This document shows, in pieces, positions 35,742 to 38,912 of a stretch of DNA of 38,912 nucleotides. This stretch comes from Candidatus Thorarchaeota archaeon (GTDB taxonomy: Archaea > Asgardarchaeota > Thorarchaeia > Thorarchaeales > Thorarchaeaceae). A program made the position numbers and the translations under genes. The notes under the pieces were generated by a model that saw nothing but the letters and a program-made list of their open reading frames with translations, did no database searches and was not told the DNA's origin. The stretch's first letter is position 1; each line of letters starts with the position of its first letter. The stretch is taken from contig JBHLRZ010000033.1 of NCBI GenBank assembly GCA_048882045.1, positions 1 through 38,912 of the forward strand. Direction: 5' to 3'.

Positions 35742-37304
35742 CTACTTTTCGTCACCTTTTCTATAGGACTCAGCCAGAAGATCTGGGATATAGCGCACCT
35801 TCATCTCCGAGTCTTTCATCATGTCGTTGATCTGAATAGTGCAAAATGGACACTCTGTGGTCACCATGTCGGCTCCTGTTGCCATGATGTATTCTTTCTT
35901 TGTGTTGGCAATCTTTTGGGACAATTCTCGCTGACCTGCACGGACTCCACCGCCAGCACCGCAGCAGCGGTTCTTGTAGGGGTCATCGATGTATTCCACA
36001 CCTGGAATCATCTTGAGAAGCTGAATTGGTTCATCATAGACGTGCTGACCTCTACCAAGATGACAAGGCTCGTGATAAGTTACCTTCATCTTGATCTCAC
36101 CTTTTGGTGGAACAATGTTTTCTGTCCCAATCTTCTGAATCATATACTCAGCCATGTCATAGACCGTGTAGAGAGGTGGTTCACCACGCTCCTCTTCAAT
36201 GAATGGACGATGGTCCTCACGAAGTGTCTTACCGCACCCAGCACATGCGACCACAACTGTGTCGCAGTCATACTGCTTGCATGCCTCTTCGAAAATCTCT
36301 GTGACTCTTCGTGCTGCAGCATGGGCAGTATTGAGGTCACCAGTCCGAAATGCAGGGCTTGCACAGCACCATTGCTCTTTTGGAACTACAACATCGATGT
36401 TGTTGCGATTCAGGACATCAATCAGTGCTTTTCCGGTGTTTTGCATTCTGTAGTCAATAAGACATCCTGTGAAGAAAGCTACTCGGCCCTTTGGATTGTC
36501 CACGAAGAATGTAGCATCCTCGACCTGCTTGAGGAGTGGAGCATCCTTCACGGGTACCGCTCGACCAGTTTCATTGATTGAATCAAGGAAGGCCTGCTGA
36601 CCCTCAGCAAGAGGATAACCAGACTCTACTGCTTTTGCTCTAAGTAGTTCTACAGCCAGAGATGGAATGTCTATTTTCTTTGGACAGATATCAGTACACA
36701 TCTTGCAGGTCGTGCATGAGTAGACAGACTCGTTCATGGCCATTGCAACACGGTCCTCGACATCTCGTGGGTCAAGCTCGAGTCGGGCAATCTGGCGAAT
36801 GATCATTGGACCTGGATAGTCCCAGGTTTCATGTACGATGGGACAGTTGGACAGACAGGCACTACACTCGATACACTTTCGAATCTCACGCAGCTTTTCA
36901 ATTTCCTCAGCATGGATGATCTCTGGATGCTGTGGTTGCTTGTCACGTGCCACATATGGACGAATCCGCCTGATTCGAAATGTGGTCTGAGACATGTCCG
37001 CTACTAAGTCCTTGATGATGGGCATCTTCTCTAATGGTTCAAGAAGAAGGTCTTCGTCAGGATTGACCTTGGTTCGGCATGCGATTCGAGCTGTGTGGTT
37101 GACCTTGACAGCACATGAGCCACACTGACCTCCTCTGCACTCCCAGCGGAAAGCGAGACTAGAATCAAATTTGTCCTGAATGTAGAGTAAGGCATCCAGA
37201 ACAGTCATTCCAGGTTCGTATTTGACCTCAAAGTCTTGGAGGTATGGCGCGTCGTCACTGTCAGGATTGTATCGCTGCACGCTGGTTTTGAATGTCTTTG
37301 TCAT
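35742..37304 (-). CDS. tfrB: Thiol:fumarate reductase subunit B-like (SdhB-type Fe-S + two CCG domains)
   Basis: CRGGQCGSC, CIECSAC, CTTCKMC, WCCASP, YHEPCHL, CCGAGGG, CPFC. Confidence 0.88.
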   Translation of the reverse strand: MTKTFKTSVQRYNPDSDDAPYLQDFEVKYEPGMTVLDALLYIQDKFDSSLAFRWECRGGQCGSCAVKVNHTARIACRTKVNPDEDLLLEPLEKMPIIKDLVADMSQTTFRIRRIRPYVARDKQPQHPEIIHAEEIEKLREIRKCIECSACLSNCPIVHETWDYPGPMIIRQIARLELDPRDVEDRVAMAMNESVYSCTTCKMCTDICPKKIDIPSLAVELLRAKAVESGYPLAEGQQAFLDSINETGRAVPVKDAPLLKQVEDATFFVDNPKGRVAFFTGCLIDYRMQNTGKALIDVLNRNNIDVVVPKEQWCCASPAFRTGDLNTAHAAARRVTEIFEEACKQYDCDTVVVACAGCGKTLREDHRPFIEEERGEPPLYTVYDMAEYMIQKIGTENIVPPKGEIKMKVTYHEPCHLGRGQHVYDEPIQLLKMIPGVEYIDDPYKNRCCGAGGGVRAGQRELSQKIANTKKEYIMATGADMVTTECPFCTIQINDMMKDSEMKVRYIPDLLAESYRKGDEK

Positions 37305-37316
37305 CTAATGGCCTCC

Positions 37317-38912
37317 TTATGGGGGTGTAATCTTGGTAATCACAAGGTCTTCCTTTCGCAGCTCCATCTTGCCATCTTTGCCCTTACGAATGACGATATT
37401 GTAATAGCCCTTATCATTGAGGTCAGCATCAACTCGATAGTGAGCACCCCTACTGCCTTTTCTCATGACTGCAGCTTCCGCTACCATCCTCGCCGTTGTA
37501 ACCATGTGAACGAACTCCATGGCTTGATGCCATCCAGGATTGAATCGCTTCACAGGAACATCAACCTTAATCTCAGGAACTACCTCCTTCTCGATTCGTT
37601 TGAGTTCCTTTACTGCGTACTGCATCTCATCCTCTTTTCTGAAGATTTGGACCTTTGACCACATGAGTTCGGTGAGTTCCTCACGAGCGTCTGCGGGAGA
37701 GATACCTTCCTTCCGTTTTAGCATCGCTTCAAGTCTCACAAACTCATTATGGATTTCATCACGGGCTACACCGAGATGATTTGTTGTCTTAGCGTACTTT
37801 GCAGCATTCTCTCCAGATAGTGCACCATAGACCTGAGTGTCCGCAAGAGCGTTTCCACCAAGTCGGTTTCCACCATGGACTCCTCCTGTACACTCACCAG
37901 CCGCATACAAGCCTAGAATGTTTGTGCTCGAGTTCTCATCGATCTTGATACCACCCATGAAATGGTGAGCTGTTGGTGATACCTGCATTGGTTCTTCTCG
38001 AATATCAACTCCAGCATCCTCAAACTGTTCGATCATGCTCTCTAATCTGAACTCGATGATAGAGTGTGGAAGGTGTGATATGCTAAGATAGACTCCTCCA
38101 TCAGGAGAACCTCTGCCCTCACGCACTTCGGTCATTATTGATCTAGCCACTTGGTCTCTTCCTGCGAGTTCCATTACTTCAGGGTAATAACGGTTCATGA
38201 AACGCTCACCCTTGTTGTTGAGGAGGATTCCTCCCTCACCGCGGACTGCTTCTGTGACTAGTCGACCCTTTGCTGACTCAGGTTTTACCATGCCGGTAGG
38301 ATGGAACTGGACCATCTCCATGTCGATCATCTCGCATCCGGCTTCATACGCCATACCATAACCATCACCGACATCTAGCTGAGCATTACTAGTGACACTG
38401 TAGATTCGACCAGCACCACCTGTTGCCATGACAACAGATTTTGCACGAAACACTAGATAGTCACCATATTTGAGATCCACCGCACATACACCTGAAATCT
38501 TGCCGTCTGTGACTAAAAGTCGAGTAGCGAAGACCTCGTCAAACACTCTTACAGAGGTCTTTCGAACCCCTTCAATGAGTGTAACCATAATCTCAGAACC
38601 AGTCCTGTCAGAAGCATACGCAGTTCTGCGCCAGCTCTGCTTTCCGAACGTTCTCTGAGCAATCTTGCCTTCAGGTGTTCTGTCAAAAACAGCACCCATG
38701 TCCTCCAAGTCAAAGATTCTCTGAGGAGCATCCCTCACAAGGATCTCGGCAAGTTTCTGATTATTAAGGTAATTGCCACCCACGATAGTGTCTTTGAAGT
38801 GGATTTCAGGATTATCATCTGGGTCTACATTGCCCAGGGATACATTGTAACCGCCCTCGGCCATGGCAGTGTGAGCCTTTCCGAGTAACTCTTTGCTAAG
38901 CATGATAACGTC
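37317..38912 (-). CDS. tfrA: Thiol:fumarate reductase/succinate dehydrogenase flavoprotein subunit A, 5'-partial
   Basis: AHTAMAEGG, QFHPTG, TEAVRGEGG, HHFMGG, HGGNRLGGNAL, SRGAHYR. Confidence 0.9.
   Translation of the reverse strand, partial: DVIMLSKELLGKAHTAMAEGGYNVSLGNVDPDDNPEIHFKDTIVGGNYLNNQKLAEILVRDAPQRIFDLEDMGAVFDRTPEGKIAQRTFGKQSWRRTAYASDRTGSEIMVTLIEGVRKTSVRVFDEVFATRLLVTDGKISGVCAVDLKYGDYLVFRAKSVVMATGGAGRIYSVTSNAQLDVGDGYGMAYEAGCEMIDMEMVQFHPTGMVKPESAKGRLVTEAVRGEGGILLNNKGERFMNRYYPEVMELAGRDQVARSIMTEVREGRGSPDGGVYLSISHLPHSIIEFRLESMIEQFEDAGVDIREEPMQVSPTAHHFMGGIKIDENSSTNILGLYAAGECTGGVHGGNRLGGNALADTQVYGALSGENAAKYAKTTNHLGVARDEIHNEFVRLEAMLKRKEGISPADAREELTELMWSKVQIFRKEDEMQYAVKELKRIEKEVVPEIKVDVPVKRFNPGWHQAMEFVHMVTTARMVAEAAVMRKGSRGAHYRVDADLNDKGYYNIVIRKGKDGKMELRKEDLVITKITPP

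Overview
Archaeal chromosomal window, most likely Asgard (Thorarchaeia-like). This is inferred from eL33/L35Ae, uL16/L10e, eS8, SRP54, Smc-ScpAB, four roadblock proteins plus an MglA-type GTPase, and a Sec23/24-like Zn-finger/vWA protein. Housekeeping blocks are interrupted by accessory segments: 5.5-12.5 kb (TPR protein and shuffled paralogous membrane proteins), 20.5-22.8 kb (a TetR/methyltransferase module inside the roadblock/GTPase cluster) and 35.1-35.7 kb. Main unexplained signals: (1) a recurrent intergenic motif AAAGGATTATGGACTG(TCTAT) that sits only at accessory gene-unit boundaries and abuts a decapitated gene, suggesting a site-specific gene-cassette system; (2) two unannotated box C/D guide RNAs that appear to target the 23S H69-H71 region, one at the position equivalent to eukaryotic Am2256; (3) a TnpB with a Fanzor-type rearranged RuvC-II site and a structured 3' tail; (4) a protein that appears to be four tandem AAA-lid-like repeats; (5) several gene remnants. 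All calls are by eye; no database searches were run.
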